This document shows, piece by piece, positions 50,155-64,000 of a stretch of 64,000 nucleotides of DNA. How positions within the stretch are numbered: position 1 is the first letter of the stretch; each line of letters begins with the position of its first letter. The stretch is from NCBI GenBank assembly GCA_026770705.1, contig JANJGN010000039.1, forward strand, positions 8,804,001 through 8,868,000. The letters run 5' to 3'. Origin of the DNA: Isurus oxyrinchus (lineage: Eukaryota). Under the pieces are notes generated by a model. That model was not told the DNA's origin, ran no database searches, and worked only from the letters and a program-made list of their open reading frames with translations. Both the position numbers and the translations under genes were made by a program.

Positions 50155-52150
50155 TCAAGCCGGGGCTACTTGCAAGCAAAAGAGCGTATTCAGCATGAGA
50201 AAGACAGGGCTCATTGATCCCCCTACCAAATAACAAAAGCTCAGCTCTGACGTCCTGTCACAGTCACCTTTAATGGTGGTGGAAAATTCCGCACCTCACT
50301 GGTGGACGGCTCTCCACCAATATCCCCATCAGCAATGAATGTGGAGCGCAGCACACCAGTGCATATACATGACAGAAGAATTTGCAGCCACATTCACCCT
50401 GAAGTGACGGGTGGATGAACCATCCGGCCTCCTCTTACGGATGACAAGCATCACAGATGCCAGTCTTCATACAATGTGATTCTCAGCACTCGGATTTAAG
50501 GAATGACTGAAGGAACTGGATGATGAAGAGGTTACAGGTCCTTTTACATAATGCCAATAGTACAGCGGATCACTGCTCCTGAATAAGCCTTCCTATCGAT
50601 GCTGGTATGGCGCATCTAAACCTTTGGCATCTATGAGAAATTTTGAGAGTTTTCACAGGTATGCCTATCCAAAAATAATCACGACAAATCCAACCAATCT
50701 AAGGACAGCCCCATCAGCCTACATTTCATCAGGATCAATGTGATGAAAAGCATCATAGAAAATGCGTTCAATCGCCAAATACTCAGCAGCAAACTGTTCA
50801 CTGACGCTCACTTTTTGCTTTGTGCGAGCTCCAACTCTTGGTTCGGCCTTCCTCGAAGCATGGACACAGGTGCCATACTTATAAGATGAGGAAAGAGTGG
50901 CTATGTATTATATCAACACATCAGTTATCACACTGAAATATCAAGGAGGGGTATAAGAATTGTGGTCAATAAGAATAAGCGGCAACTTCCCTACTGAGTG
51001 AACTCATACCAGGCAAAAATAATTTATTTTTTCATTTTTATTTTCTTTTGCAGGTGCATCATCTCAGCCCCATGAGATAACTGGACGACAGACTGAGGGC
51101 AGTGTCCTGAAACCTCCCATCTTAAGCTGCTGCATCAATTATGTTCTCTCCATTTGAAACACAGTAGGAGGCTGGTGTGGTGGGGAGGGTGTGGGAAAGT
51201 GAGGGGAGGTTATATCCGCTGAAAATTGTTCAACGTTCTGCACCGTTCACGACTCAGCAGATGCTGATGAAATCCGTGCCCATGTGCATCAAGTCCTGGG
51301 CAACAGCCAGACTTGTGCTGAAAAATGTCAAGTAATATTCGCCCCGCAAAATTGACAGGAAATGACCATCTGCACGAAAAGAACAGCCAACAAAATACCC
51401 TTGAAATTTACTGGCATTGCCAGCGCTTAAGCCCGCGTTTTCAACATCCTTGGACAAACCATTGACAGGAATCTGTGACTCGAAGAGCAGTTCAGAATCT
51501 GAAAATGTTGTCGTGAGCAACACACCCCCTGACTCTCCAAAACCTTTCCTCCATCTAAAACGCACAAATCAGGAATGTGATGGGATATGCTACACCTGTC
51601 TGGATGATTTACCCTCCAGTAGAATTCAAGGATATTGACTTAACCCAGAACAAAGCTAATTGCTTGATTTGCAATCATTCTATAAATTTAATGATTCGAG
51701 CTGTTTATCCTTATCTGAATAATTCATCTTCCTGTTTTTAAAGTTCATACGAATCTTAAGCAAACATCTGAGTGGAATTATCTTATCTAAAACATAATAT
51801 ATCCACCCAATTTGTCGGTACGCTCAACTCTATTACTGCTTTCCTAAATACTATTTTGCAACACTTTCAGCGTGCACCATTTTTCATATCCTTCAGTACA
51901 CCTGGTACTTAAGTGACATCTCATGACATCACGTAACACATGAGTAATGAATGTCCGCTTCAACTGACCCGTTCACCTCAGAGGATGAATCAATGATCAT
52001 CAATGGCCGACGTTTTAGGGAGACAGAATTAAAAAAACCTTTCCATCGGGGACCTCGAAGTCTGTGAGCAAGAGAGGATCGGTAGCATCAATAATGTCCG
52101 AGCTGGCAGAGTCATAAAGATAAATGCTAGACTAGGTCTTTGGTAGGTGG
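50155..52150 (+). mobile_element. ~2 kb block of decayed LINE RT, present only in unit B
   Basis: Colinearity with unit A (~12055) breaks here and resumes at ~52150. The content resembles the reverse complement of the 34260-35780 LINE family. Confidence 0.6.
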
Positions 52151-54207
52151 TCAGGGAACCAACCAGCTGCAAACCTCTACGTGAATTCGCTCCACAAACC
52201 TACCCAGCACAGGTGCATCTGTCCATTTAAGAATTGATATGATGGACCACTGCACGTCCTTGCACAAATGAATTCCGCCTTCACAATGGGGCTTCCCTCC
52301 ATCATATTGTGTGAGACAACCATTGTCCTGAATGGGGTAGGTTTCCCCTTGATTAACAACTCAAAAATGGGCATTCACGAGGCATTGTGGACCATTAGCT
52401 GCAGCTGATTTGTGCACAACCTTAATTTGTAACCCCAAGCCCAGTCTATCCGCAACTCTGCAATTTTCATCTGGACTGTTTATGGTGATGTATCTGATGC
52501 CAGTCAAACATTCTACTTTGCTCCTTTAGTGTAGCTCTTCGACAAGGAATGTTCAACAAATTACTTATCGCATTACGGGGATTTAGCTGGGATTGTCCTA
52601 TATGGAGACATTGACGAGACTAATCCTCGGCTTTCTGGAGCATTGGCAAATGAGAAGTGATCTCACTGAAGCATTCACCCTTCTTATAAGTTTTGGTGAT
52701 GTCGATATTGGATGGATCATTCCACTGGCTGGTGTGTCTAAAAGCAGGAAAAGCAATATCACAATAAGAGGACTGCATTTAGGATTATGATGAGGAATAA
52801 TTTAATCACTGAGGGAGGGGTAAATGTTCGAAATTATGTACTGCAACCTCGGCAGATGGGCAGTCATTGAATATGTTGAAGGTGCTGATGAAGCAATTTC
52901 TCAATATAAAATGCATCGAAATATATGAGATAGTGCATGGAATGTCGTGGAGACATAATTTCAGCCATGATAGACTTGAGTAGTGGAGCACATTTGTGCG
53001 GCCAAATGATCAACTTCTACTAATATTTCCTGTGCTCTTATGTCCTTCTGTCAGCGCCACCATTAAACGTGGCAATGTGAGTTTTCCAAAGCTACAGGGG
53101 ATTCGGACAATGGTTAATATCAATCTACTGCAATTCTCAATGTAAGTAAGTTAGATTTAGAAGCAGGGTTTACAACAGCAGGAAGTGTAAGGCTAGAAAT
53201 TGAAATGAGCAGAATAATGAGAACCATATAGCTACACAGGGAGCATAGTTGTTCCAAAATCGGATCACTTATGGCTCAGTTCACAATCTGCGTGCTGGGA
53301 TAAATGTTTCAATACTTATGTCCGGCTTCAGTACTTGAGGACAAAAGTCTCAGCTAATGTGCCTTTGCCGTAGTGAAGTTGTTCTACACTATCGGATGTA
53401 ATAACTTTCAGAACAGATGTCAAATTGTTTCACAGGGTAAACGTCAAAGATTCCATGCCCCTATTTCGAAGATCGAGACTGTCGTGACCCCGTGCGTCCT
53501 AACAACTATTTACACCTCTGTTAAATCCGACAAAACGGATAATTTGGTCATTGCCATCTTGCTGCTTGTGGAAGCTTCCCGACCACAAATTGCCTGTCCC
53601 CTTTTGCGTTACACTACATGTAAATTCATTAAGGTGGTCGATAAATGAGGTTTTGGAAATGCATGTATGTCAAGAGACAAGTGACTAAGACATCGGAATG
53701 TCTTCAGCACACACAGTAATCTGTTTCAGCCAGAATTCCAGAGATCCTCTCTGCATACAGATTTGTAAAAGTATCGTTGTGGTAACAAATATGTGATTTC
53801 ACAGGGATTCAGTTCCTTTAAATATTGGAAAATAGATGAAAACCATTGGCAACGGCTTCAAGTATTTTAAGCAGAATTTTGCATAATGCGTATTTGCTTC
53901 TGCACAGATTTTCACAGATTGTGTTTTCTACAAGCTCATACTCGGTTTGCGCTTGATAATGATAATTATTGCAGAGCCCAGCTTGTTACATGACATTCCG
54001 TAAAGCAAGAATAAGGTGTCAGCAGTGGTGACCACGGAGTGTAAGATACAACAACAGGAAGAAATCCGTTAACGTTATGGTTAAACATACATCCCTGCTT
54101 TGATGACTCCCCAACAGTAAAGAATCAACTCCATGTTATTGGGACTGGCGTTTGAGAAGAACGTGAACATCCATTTACTCGGGTAATGATTGCATTTAGG
54201 CTTTTAC

Positions 54208-54277
54208 CAGGAACACCAATAGCCGCAAGAATAGGATAGGAAATGGTTTCTATCTGCCAACGTATCTGTTCTCCCAT
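54208..54277 (-). pseudogene. GPR139-like GPCR pseudogene, exon 1 (MGEQIRWQIETISYPILAAIGVP)
   Basis: 70 nt, ATG at 54277, donor GTAAAA; 6 substitutions relative to copy A exon 1. Confidence 0.85.
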
Positions 54278-56199
54278 CTTCTTGAGGAGATGACTTTCCT
54301 GCAGAGATGGATGCACAAGATGGAATGAATGTGTGAGCTCAAAAGTAGAAATCCTCTTCCTCTTTAAATTCATTTCAGGAAAATAAGAGAAAAAAGTTAA
54401 AATCGCAGGAGAATCGGAAGGAGATGTCACATCAATTAATCTAGAGCACCCGGGTAAAACTGCTAGGACAGCATTCGTAGCAGGGAACAGACAAAGGCAA
54501 CATTAAGCCGTTTAGTTAACTAATCAAACCCACGGCCGCTACGATCCAGAAAGACAAAGGCAATAAGAACATGGGAACGAAATTAGCTGAGCGTCCCTCC
54601 CCCAGCCACTCATCGTCCTGGTTCAGAAAAATATCGCCGTTCCTTCAATGTCTCTGTATCAAATCAATGGAACCCGACCCACCCGCCCACCCCCCCACCC
54701 CACAAAAGAAAAATTCCGTGGATGTAACTGCATCATAAAGACCGCAGCAGCTCACCACCCACTTCACAAGGGGAGTTAGAGATGGGCAATAAATGTTGGC
54801 CTTGCCAGCGTTGCCCTAATCCACGAATGGAAAGAAAGCTATAAATTTAAGTACTTAGTCAGAGAGTCTTTTAAACGTACACCGGAAAACGAGAGCTTCG
54901 AGAATGAGTTTGTAAATGGCCCGTATCTGATGAAGTACAACCAATTATATGTTCAGTGAGAAGCGCGAACTCCTGTTGAAACAGATGCACCAAGCCGGTT
55001 GGGAAACATGAAATGTGGCAATCAGAGAAACTAGTATGTACACAGGAGATAAATCCCCTTGAGCGCATTCCCTTAAATGAATCAATTAGTTTCAATCATT
55101 GAATAAACAGGTTATGTCAGTCGCTCTCTTTCTAAAAGGAACCATTTCGAAGTGAAACGACAAACATTGAAATGTTCGGACAATACTGTTGAAGGGGCTA
55201 TATTTTACCGAGCAACGGGTAGATCAAATCGCTACTAATTTATATCAAAATGATTCGAGGAAACATAATTGGCCTGAACCACCAGGAGAAGTACTGGGAA
55301 AATTTCATATGTTCACCACCGTTTTGTGTTTCGGTACCCATTCTATGTTCCAACAGGGCACATGACTGAGGGATGTCTTTGTCATTTAATCTTCCAGGGG
55401 GCACTGATACGCTGCACAGATATCCCCGTGGATTCCTCTGGCAATGACAGTTCCATCAGTGACTTGACCTACATTCTGTGTTGTTGTACATAAATGTGCA
55501 GCATTCTGCCTGGAAATTATAAACACAACCACAGGGCCAGGGAGGTTTGTGTTGGTGGTAACCTGATGCGCAGTAGAAAGTGTATGGAGAAGGCTTTTGT
55601 TTTCTCAACTTAAAGATGTAAAAATAATGCGTTCAAGTCAATCCGCACCCATACACTCTCAATAACGATTCCCCACGCCATGCAATCCTCCTGCTCACTC
55701 ACTCACATACTCCATCCAGAGTGATGCTTGAACTGAATGAAAAACAACGTTTTGAATAAAACAATGGGATATCGAGAGTACATGGTTGGGAGTGTATTCC
55801 ACGCTTAACATTTAACTCCTGGCCCTCAAAAGTCTTCAGCAGATAATCATTAGCAGATGGATGCAGTGATTATAATGTCTCAGAATCGACGGCGCATCCA
55901 GCTTTTGTGTGGGGCGCATTTCAAACACGCACCAAAAAAAGAATAGTTAAGGTCAGTAGGTAATTCGGCCCATTGAGCCTGTTCTGCAACTCGGAAAGCA
56001 CATGGTTTATCTGATCGTGGCCTCAGTCCCGCTCTCGTGCCTGCTCTCCCACAACCAACGCCGTACACCGCCCCCGTCCGCCACCTCCCTCACATCACAC
56101 ACTTACATCCTCATGACCCTAGTCTCCCATATTGTTCAAAAAACTATCCAACACAGCCATGAATATGTGACAGCCCTGAACAGATGATCAGTGTCATTC

Positions 56200-57195
56200 G
56201 CTCTTTGATGATGGTGTCATAATCAGAGCGATGCAAAGTCGTTGATCAGTGGGAACCCATTTCATGTCACTTGCAGCACCAGATAAGGCTGGTTAACAGC
56301 TCCAGCTCTGTTTTTCATACATTTGACGGTCATTCTCCAAGCATGTGCTCAAAGAGCTTGACACAGGATTACACATTCATTTCAGGACCGCAGGCAGCCT
56401 TTTCAAAGAGCTAAAATTAAATGCTTGCACAGAGGTTACTGGAAAGCTACAGAGGGATGTCTTATTCACGGACCGAAGTGTACTCATAGCTCAGGATCAG
56501 GAGACATTCAGCTGCATGCTGAGTGCTTTGCTCAGAATGTTTTCCATTGACAATATAGCTGAGGATAGAGATGCTGTATCAAAGCTTTGCTGTTCACGTG
56601 CTCCAAGATGCCACAGCCGCTTTGAACAATGCACTCCCCTGATCTTTACGGTGCACTCCAAGGGCACTAACTGGATGGGCAAATTACCCATCGCCTGACA
56701 TAAACAAGCTCGGCACTTGGCAGGCTTCACTCACTGACTTCTGCAAAGAAAACAAGGAATTTCCTTCAGATGGAAGATCAAGTCGTTCCAGGCAATGTTT
56801 TTTTTTATATCACTTTCATATCAGTGCGAAACTCGCATAAACCTTTGGCCTCTTAGAAAGTTAATGAAAACTTTCCAACTTCGCTGTCCGTGAACCATTT
56901 CCAACGGTTGTTGGCAGGACCAAATCCGCTAAACCGATAATCTTGTAAAGTGCTGCATGCCCGACATTGCAAATATGTTCATTACAGCCCTGGTTGCCTG
57001 CGTAGGTCATGCGGTTCATCTGGAAAATGCCTACATAATAATACGCCACACTCAGTGAGCACAGGAAGCTCCACTACAGAATGTCTGAAATCTCAAAGCC
57101 AAACTCAGAGATTGCAAGCTGGATCCCAGTACATGAGGTCCTGACACCACCTTGTTAAAAGCAACCTGGTGTGCCTGCACCATATGAAGCATACA
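56200..57195 (+). mobile_element. RTE-clade LINE fragment (duplicate of 16130-17157, 3'-truncated)
   Basis: ORF 56345..56698 GLHIHFRTAGSLF..LQRDVLFTD..LIAQ. Confidence 0.7.
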
Positions 57196-57829
57196 CTCTG
57201 CCACCCTTTGAGGGTCTGCGTGTCACTTTGCAAGCCCCACTAAGCAGCGAGAATATCCTATGCATATCCAACTTCATTCTATTCTACCCGGATACTTAAG
57301 ATTCTTAAGCAATGGGAACAACGCTTCTGGCTTCCCTTCAGCAAACGAACGTTAGCTTGTACCTGATATTTTGATTCTTCTCCAGGTGCAGAGTGTTCCC
57401 GACTGTCCTGCAACGAATTCCCGATCACATGCGCCCAATCCTTACAAATGGATTCCTCAGGCTATTCTTCCATCCGGTCAGCATTCACTTTCTGGCTCCT
57501 GCCTAATGCTGATGCTGGACCCATCGGAGCCCAACAGAAAAGTGTGGCTAAATGCGATCACAGTTCATATCTCCTCTTTGTCATCTCCTTTAAGATACAT
57601 GAAAACTGTTTTACTGTTAAAGAGAAGCCAATTCACAAGCATCTTATCAATATTCCAATAATACATACCTATCAAGAAATTTCATCACTAACATTATGTA
57701 AAGTAGAAATGCCATCTTAAGCAACAAAAATTACACAAATGTATCAATGCGGTGATTCCTAAAAAGGTTAGAACATTATTTACCTTTCTATATGCCTGGT
57801 TTTGCTCTTGAAACTGTCTCCTGCATTCT

Positions 57830-58400
57830 TCAGTGAGTCAGGCTTGATCCCTTGCCTTCAAGGTTATGGTGGTGGCAGGAATATGCCATGCCAAGTCCTT
57901 GCAGGTTGCGTTTGAATTTAACGTTACTGCTGCAGATGACCCAGAATTCCTTGTGCAAGTTGAGATTTGAACTGTCTGGTCTGTTCTGAATCCATCCCAT
58001 TGAAATAAATGAGTGCAAGAGAACACAACGGAGCGTGTCTTCATTGAGAAGACAGTATCCCGTCGTCACAAGGTCACAAAACGTCAGGGACAGATGCATC
58101 AGCAGCAGGTATATTAGTGAGGATGATGTTGAGTAGAAAGTTCCTTCGTGTTGGTTCATCTGCCTCAGGCCTATTCTGGCTTTCAAGGCTCGGTCTCCGT
58201 GGTCTGTAACAGTGACCCTGAGCCACTGTAGGTGAAGAACATGCAGACCCAAAGCAGAGAACATTATGTGCCGTTGAAAAGCACAGTATTTCTTCCATGT
58301 GGTGCTTAACATGGAGAACTAAACACTGGTCAAATTCTGGAAAGTGGTATGTGGGAGTCAGCTGGAGTTTCCCTTCCCTTGTTTTCCCACCTGTCATGAG
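57830..58400 (-). mobile_element. LINE endonuclease-region fragment
   Basis: EPTRRNFLLNIILTNIPAADASV and WDGFRTD...AWHIPATTITLKARDQ are APE-domain-like. Confidence 0.7.
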
Positions 58401-58439
58401 ATATCAGAGAGAATGGATCAATGCTGCACACTCAAAGGA

Positions 58440-59225
58440 CAAAGAACAAAGAACAAAGAAAAGTACAGCACAGCAACAGGCACTTCGGCCATCCCAGCCT
58501 GTGCTGATCATATAGCCCGTCAACTAAAAAATGTTGCACTTCCAGGGTCCGAATATCTCTATTTCCATCCTATTCATGTATTTGTCAAGCTGCCTCTTTA
58601 ACACGATTATCGTACCTACTTCCACCACCTCCTCTGGCAGCAAATTCCAGACACTCACTACCCTCTGTGTAAAAAAACTTGCCCCGCACATCTCATTTGT
58701 AGTATTCTCTTCACACCTTAAATCTCTGTCCCCTAGTAATTGACTCTTCCACCCCGGGAAAAAGCTTCTGACTATCTACTTTGTCCAAGCCAGTCATAAT
58801 TTTGTACACTCATATCAAGCCACCCCTCAATCTCCGTCGCTGTAGTGACAACAGTCCTAGGTTCTCGACATTCCCGTCATAGCTAGTAATCGCCAGACCA
58901 GCGAGAAGCCTAGTAAACCTCTCTGCACCCTGTCCAACGCCTCCATATTCTTCTGGTAACGTGATGACCAGAATTGCACGCGATATTCCACGTGTGGCCT
59001 AAACAAGGTTCTATACAGCAGCAATATGACATCCGAGCTTTTATACTCAATACCCCTGCCGATGAAGGCATGCATGTCATATGCCTTCCTGACTACCTTA
59101 TCCAGCTGCGTTGCCACTTTCAGTGACTTGTGGACCTTTACACCCAGATCCCTCTGCCCGTCAATGTAATTAAGGGTTCTGTCATTTACTCTATAATTCT
59201 TGCCAATATTAGACCTTCCAAAAGG
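58440..59225 (-). mobile_element. CR1 LINE 3' end
   Basis: ORF 58857..59117 AFIGRGIEYKS..LYRTLFRPHVEYRVQFWS; short (AAAGAAC)n tail at 58441-58460. Confidence 0.92.
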
Positions 59226-59799
59226 ATTTCAGCATTGCCCTGCCTCCAGCATCTCATGTAATCCCCTTAAACTGTGCAAACCGAGAAAGCTATAGCTTAA
59301 AAAACCGGAATCATGTGTAATGTTCAATAAAAAAATGTTTTTTTATCGTTACACTCGATTTTCTTGTACTTTGGTACTTGAAATGAAATAATTAAAGGCT
59401 GCATTTTGCCAAACGGAAGCAGGCATTGTTTAGAGACATGATGTTTTTTTTTTTCAAAGCATCTCATCATTCAACAAAGTAACACAGGAAATTGGATGGC
59501 AGCACCAAGGGGATGGTTCAAGAGGCGGCGCCCGGGTGAGAGCAATTAATCAGGTGTTACAATCGGAATTCAGAAAGCGATTGGAGACTAGGGAAAAAGG
59601 GGGATTAGTGATTTTGATTTGTGGAGAGAAAGCAAGAAGGAACAGGGAGGATCGGAGAGGGAAATATAAATGTAGAGACCAAGAGAGAGACAGAGAGAAA
59701 GAGAGACAGCAAGAGAGGGTGAAGTGCAAAGGAAAGCAAAACGGAGAGCAGTCTCTGTGTTAACACTAGATCAGGATGAAGTTCTGAAAGTTCAAAAAT

Positions 59800-60340
59800 C
59801 ATAGAAACTTATATCGCTTAAAACAAGGGAGTGCATTCGGCCCAGCATGCCTGTGTCAGCCCTCTGCAAGAACAGCACATACCATGCCACTATCCATTTT
59901 TCCCCCTGTAACCCTTCAACCATTTCTTCTTCAAACGATGATCCATTTGTCTTTTTGAACATCGTCTTCTCTGTTGAATCTGCTTCCACGAGATTCTCTG
60001 CTAACCATCCCTGTTCCTGAGCCATTGCTGCGTAATGAAGGCGTGCTTCATGTCACTTTTGCTTCTTTGCCCAATGACCTTAAATTGGTTCTCCATAGCT
60101 CCACAATAAGGGGTAATTCCTGTCTTTTTTCTCTGTCCAGACCGATCATTATCTTGACAGCCTCTTGATCTCATGTTTGGCTTTTCTTCTCCAAGGAAAA
60201 CAGTCCCAAATTCGCATTCAATCCACATGAAAGAGATTGTCATCCATGGACCATTGCCGTGTAAATGTCTACAGCAGCCTTCGTGCCTTCGCATACTTCC
60301 TGCATAATTTTGGTCTGAAGTGGACATATACACTAGTTGT
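59800..60340 (-). mobile_element. Decayed CR1 3' end
   Basis: Homologous by eye to 58440-59225. Confidence 0.6.
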
Positions 60341-61249
60341 AGCCGAACTGCGTTCTGCCCAGAACTATCAATGCTTCCTTGCTTTGGATGCTCCCTAAAC
60401 CTCTCAAGTATCAGCGGCATGCAGTTCAATTATTATGGAATACACTCAGTAAGAGGAAGGACACGACAAATAACAAAACATTCTATTGATGGCACCCAAA
60501 CCGCTAGCAAGAACAACGACCCTCTGCAAAATCGGGGCACATAGCTGCTCGTCTCTACTATCAACAGGATGGAATACACTGGTGGCTAAAAGCTTGATAG
60601 AACATTCCAAACGAACAATCTTCACGACGGATAAGAACAAGGACGGCATGTACATTGGGAGAACATATAAAACATGAGCTGGAAGCAGGCATCGGCCTTT
60701 CGAGCCTCCTCCACCAATCAAGTGATCTTCTTTCTCAGATCGATCTTCCCGTACTGTGACCATATTCCTAAATTCACTGTTAACCCCAAAACACATCCAT
60801 CTGCGAACATATTAGATAAATTCAACGTGTTTGTAGAATACAAGTCTCGCAGTTCTGTCAACTACAAATGAAATTCTACAACTCGCTTCCGAAATTTCCA
60901 GGGACGGCAACATCACCAGTGAAAAAGAAAACACCGTGAAATATCGAGATTTGAAGACATGATGCGGATTTTCCAGGTTAGATGATTTTCAGAGTTCACG
61001 ATGTGTGTTTATGACTGTCGAATTCTAAACCTGCTGTAGTGGAAGCTCATTTGGCATTACTTTTTTTTAGAACGGATTAAATAGAAATAATATTCAATGA
61101 TAGTGTCTAACTATTAACACAATGGCTTAGCAATATGTGCCTGCAAAATTCAATGAAGGACAATGTGTTTTTCAGTCATCTTCATTAATCGATATGTTGT
61201 CAATATACTATGTATATATTTATAGGAAACTGTTTATTCATAATTTATT

Positions 61250-62045
61250 TTTCTCTCTCTGGACAAGAGCCACATAGGCTCACAGTTCAAAGTCACATCA
61301 GTTGTGTTATTGCAAATTATAGATTTCTCGTGACACACGAGGTTAATATGCAGGTACAACAAGGCAAATAGAATTCTGTATTTTGTTAACTGCAAAGGAA
61401 ATGGATTATTGAAGTAATGATATCTTACTGCAGTTGCGTAGAACGTTGCCAATATCACATCCAAGGTACTGTGCACAGTTTTGGACTCCAAATTTAAGAA
61501 AGGATATGAATTAATTAGAATCAGTTGATATAACATTCACTCTGCAGATACTTGCGATGCTGAGTTGGTGGAGGGTTTTGGTGGTTTGGGTGTTAACTTA
61601 TTCGGAAAGTTTGTCAACATATGTCGATTGCAGTCTGGAAAATGAGAGGTGTTTTGATTGAAATAGGTTAAATCCTGAGGAATCGTACATATTTGATGCA
61701 AAGAGAATGTTTCCATTGTCGTGGAGTTTGAGGCACAGGGAGAACAGTTTTCAAGTTGTCGGTCTCCCGCTAAAATTGATGTGGAAGCGCTTTGTTTCAT
61801 TCATAAGGTTCAAGGGCTTTTGAACTCTCTTCCCGCAAGTGATGTGGAGGGAGGCTGATTGGATATCTTTTCAAGAAGAGACAGATATTCTCTTGAGTAC
61901 CAAGGGTGTCAAATGTTATTGGAGGTGGACTGAATGTGGAATTTGCGTCCACAATCATATGAGCCATAATGTTATTGAATGGCGGGGCTGGCTCGAGGAG
62001 CCGGATTCTATAATTCTGCTCTAGATTCGTATTTATATGTTTCCA
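61250..62045 (+). mobile_element. Decayed CR1 3' end
   Basis: GTACTGTGCACAGTTTTGGACTCC...ATTGAATGGCGGGGCTGGCTCGAGG, as in other CR1 copies. Confidence 0.75.
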
Positions 62046-62647
62046 TGACCCTGTGACTTCAGGTTCCCCTCGTCCCTAAACCAGGTCCTCCTGTCCCAAC
62101 ACTGCATCTGCCTCAAGGTCTTGAAAGCAGTGATCAGGGCCTTTCCCCAATTTCGAGCTCTCAATGGCTCGACCTCCAGCTTCCACATCGAACTCGTTCC
62201 GGAAAGTGACGCTCCCAGCCGTGGCTCTCAGGCTGTTCCCGTTTTCTAAAGCCCACTGTTGATCCTTGTGATGCATAAGAACAAACGACATGCATGTCCG
62301 ACTGCCTTGTTACAATCCAAAACTGAGTGTGGAGCTAAGTCTCATTCTCACCCGTATATTCGCTTTCACTTGAATGCATTTATTGAACACAGCTCCCTCA
62401 CTTAGAACTTCCCGTGGATTGTGCGCAGACATTGTTCACTTTATGTTTGTGACTGTCCGAGGAGTTTTTGGTAATGGGATTTAGATACATTTTTGTGACT
62501 GAATGTGTTGTCCAGGCCGATTATCAGTTTACATATTAAATGCCGCAAAGAAGGGAGGAATTTAGAACCGTTCGAGGCAAACTGTTCCCTTGGCTCCAGG
62601 TCTGGTGAAACACTTCTGTTTTTTTTCCTGTTTATTCTCTCTTCCAG

Positions 62648-62935
62648 GTAACTTGGTGACGTTTTTGTTCCTGTCGCGAGGAAACTATTGCATCTCAAAG
62701 TGTATTATTTGCTACTTGGTGCAAATGGCAGGGACCGAATTCGAGGTCGTTATCTCTGATCCCATATTAAAGAGGATTTGTCAGGAGAAATTTCCAGTTT
62801 TATGCGAGCACAGTACTCGCATGTGGATATTCATTTTGTTTCTGTTGTTTTTTTCAATTATCACAAAAACCTCTTTCTGCCTCACAGTTGACATTACCTA
62901 CTATCCTTTAGAGGATATTTGTTGCATGAAGCAAA
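62648..62935 (+). pseudogene. Decayed GPR139-like exon-2 fragment (TM1-TM3)
   Basis: Acceptor TTCTCTCTTCCAG, phase 1, then NLVTFLFLSRGNYCISKCIICYLVQMAGTE...SFCLTVDITYYPLEDICCMK, aligning to NVVAIVILSRRKCGLSKCITHYMIAMAMAD...SLWLTVMFTFDRFVVICCKK. Runs into a TCTA/TC microsatellite. Confidence 0.75.
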
Positions 62936-64000
62936 TGTCTTGCATCCCTTCATGTTCAAAGCTCCAAAACTATATTCCTATCTATCAGCATTGTTTTTTT
63001 ATCTATCTATATAGCTATCTATCAATCTATCTATCTATCTATCTTTCTCTTTCACTCACTCGCTCTCTTTCTTGTTCGCACTGTTTTTTTCTCTCCCTCT
63101 CTCTCTCGCATGTTATCTCTCCCTATCACTCTCTCCTCATGTTAATCTCTGTCCATTTATCTATCATTCTATTTGGCTATCAGTTTGTTTTTCGAACTAT
63201 CTTGATGATTGATTCTCTCGGCGCATTGACAGGTGAGCATTCAACAAAATCTGCCTGATATCATGTGTGAAGTCAGACCAAGTCTAAATTGCACAATCGA
63301 TTGCCATGTTCTGTTTACAAAGTCTGTTCAAGTGGGCTAAATTAACTTTGCCCGCCTTTCCTTGTCTTTAACGCACTTGAACCTGTTCTCCACAATTGTA
63401 GAAATCACGAATTGAATTTCCAATTTGGGGTTGCCAAAGGTTTGTTTTAATATTCACAATTATATGTTAAAATACATCCTTTCATGAGGCGGGGATGTGT
63501 ATAAATGGGCCAGAAGATACTGTCCTTTCCAAATTGCCTTTGAGAAGGTGGTGGTGCCCCACATTCCTGAAATTATGGATTTCATGTGATTGTTGTCAGT
63601 GGCCATTCCTGGCAATCCAAGTCTTTCAGGCTCAGGGAGAATTCAGATGACTGAGAAGCGCAATTCTGGACCTATATTTGCATTCGCCGTGAGGCTCAAT
63701 TGTGGCCCATTTTGGGTTTCTTCTGCTTTCTGTGCCTCTGCCCTTCCACTTCCCTGTCGAATCGCTGAGCCGGAAACTGGTTTTAGACTTGATGGGCGAG
63801 GTGGTGCCAGGCCGAGAGATTGGCAGCATTCTACTCCTGCTCACTGGTGTTAATGCCTCCATCCTACAGGCCCACATTGAGCGTGCACTGATAATTTTTT
63901 ATTTGTCCGCCCTTTGGACAAGGACTGCTCACTGGCAGATGCAGCTGGTGATAGGCACACCCTTTCCCAAAATATGTGTCCGGCGACCACCACACTTCGG

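Larger units (their letters stand above)
40019..57195 (+). repeat. Segmental duplication unit B (paralogous to 2359-17157)
   Basis: Colinear with unit A; extra blocks at 45839-45979, 47303-47660 and ~50155-52150. Confidence 0.95.

Noticed and set aside
40019-57195. Uncollapsed haplotype explanation for the duplication
   Set aside because: Substitutions and indels occur every few bases across the unit, far beyond expected allelic divergence.

Overview
Repeat-rich, AT-rich vertebrate genomic DNA. The CR1/RTE/Penelope/SINE repeat styles and the GPR139-like receptor family suggest a cartilaginous fish (inference). It is not prokaryotic, and most short ORFs in the track are noise or decayed retrotransposon fragments. 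Main contents: (1) an intact two-exon GPR139/GPR142-like class A GPCR on the minus strand (14127-14196 + 6349-7253, 324 aa). (2) A ~15-17 kb direct segmental duplicate (about 2359-17157 vs 40019-57195) carrying a pseudogenised copy with a frameshift and a nonsense codon. (3) A third, decayed GPCR exon on the plus strand (from 62648) whose flank is an inverted duplicate of the sequence abutting the N-gap. (4) Between the two GPCR units, six short exons that the ORF track misses as a gene. They splice in perfect phase into the TM + ITIM-bearing tail of a type I immunoreceptor-like protein, with a duplicated alternative ITIM exon and no ectodomain exons visible. (5) An LTR whose primer-binding site extends into a copy of the whole 3' half of tRNA-Ser(UGA). 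(6) Several Penelope-like terminal repeats with minimal hammerhead-ribozyme motifs. All alignments were done by eye; repeat boundaries are approximate.
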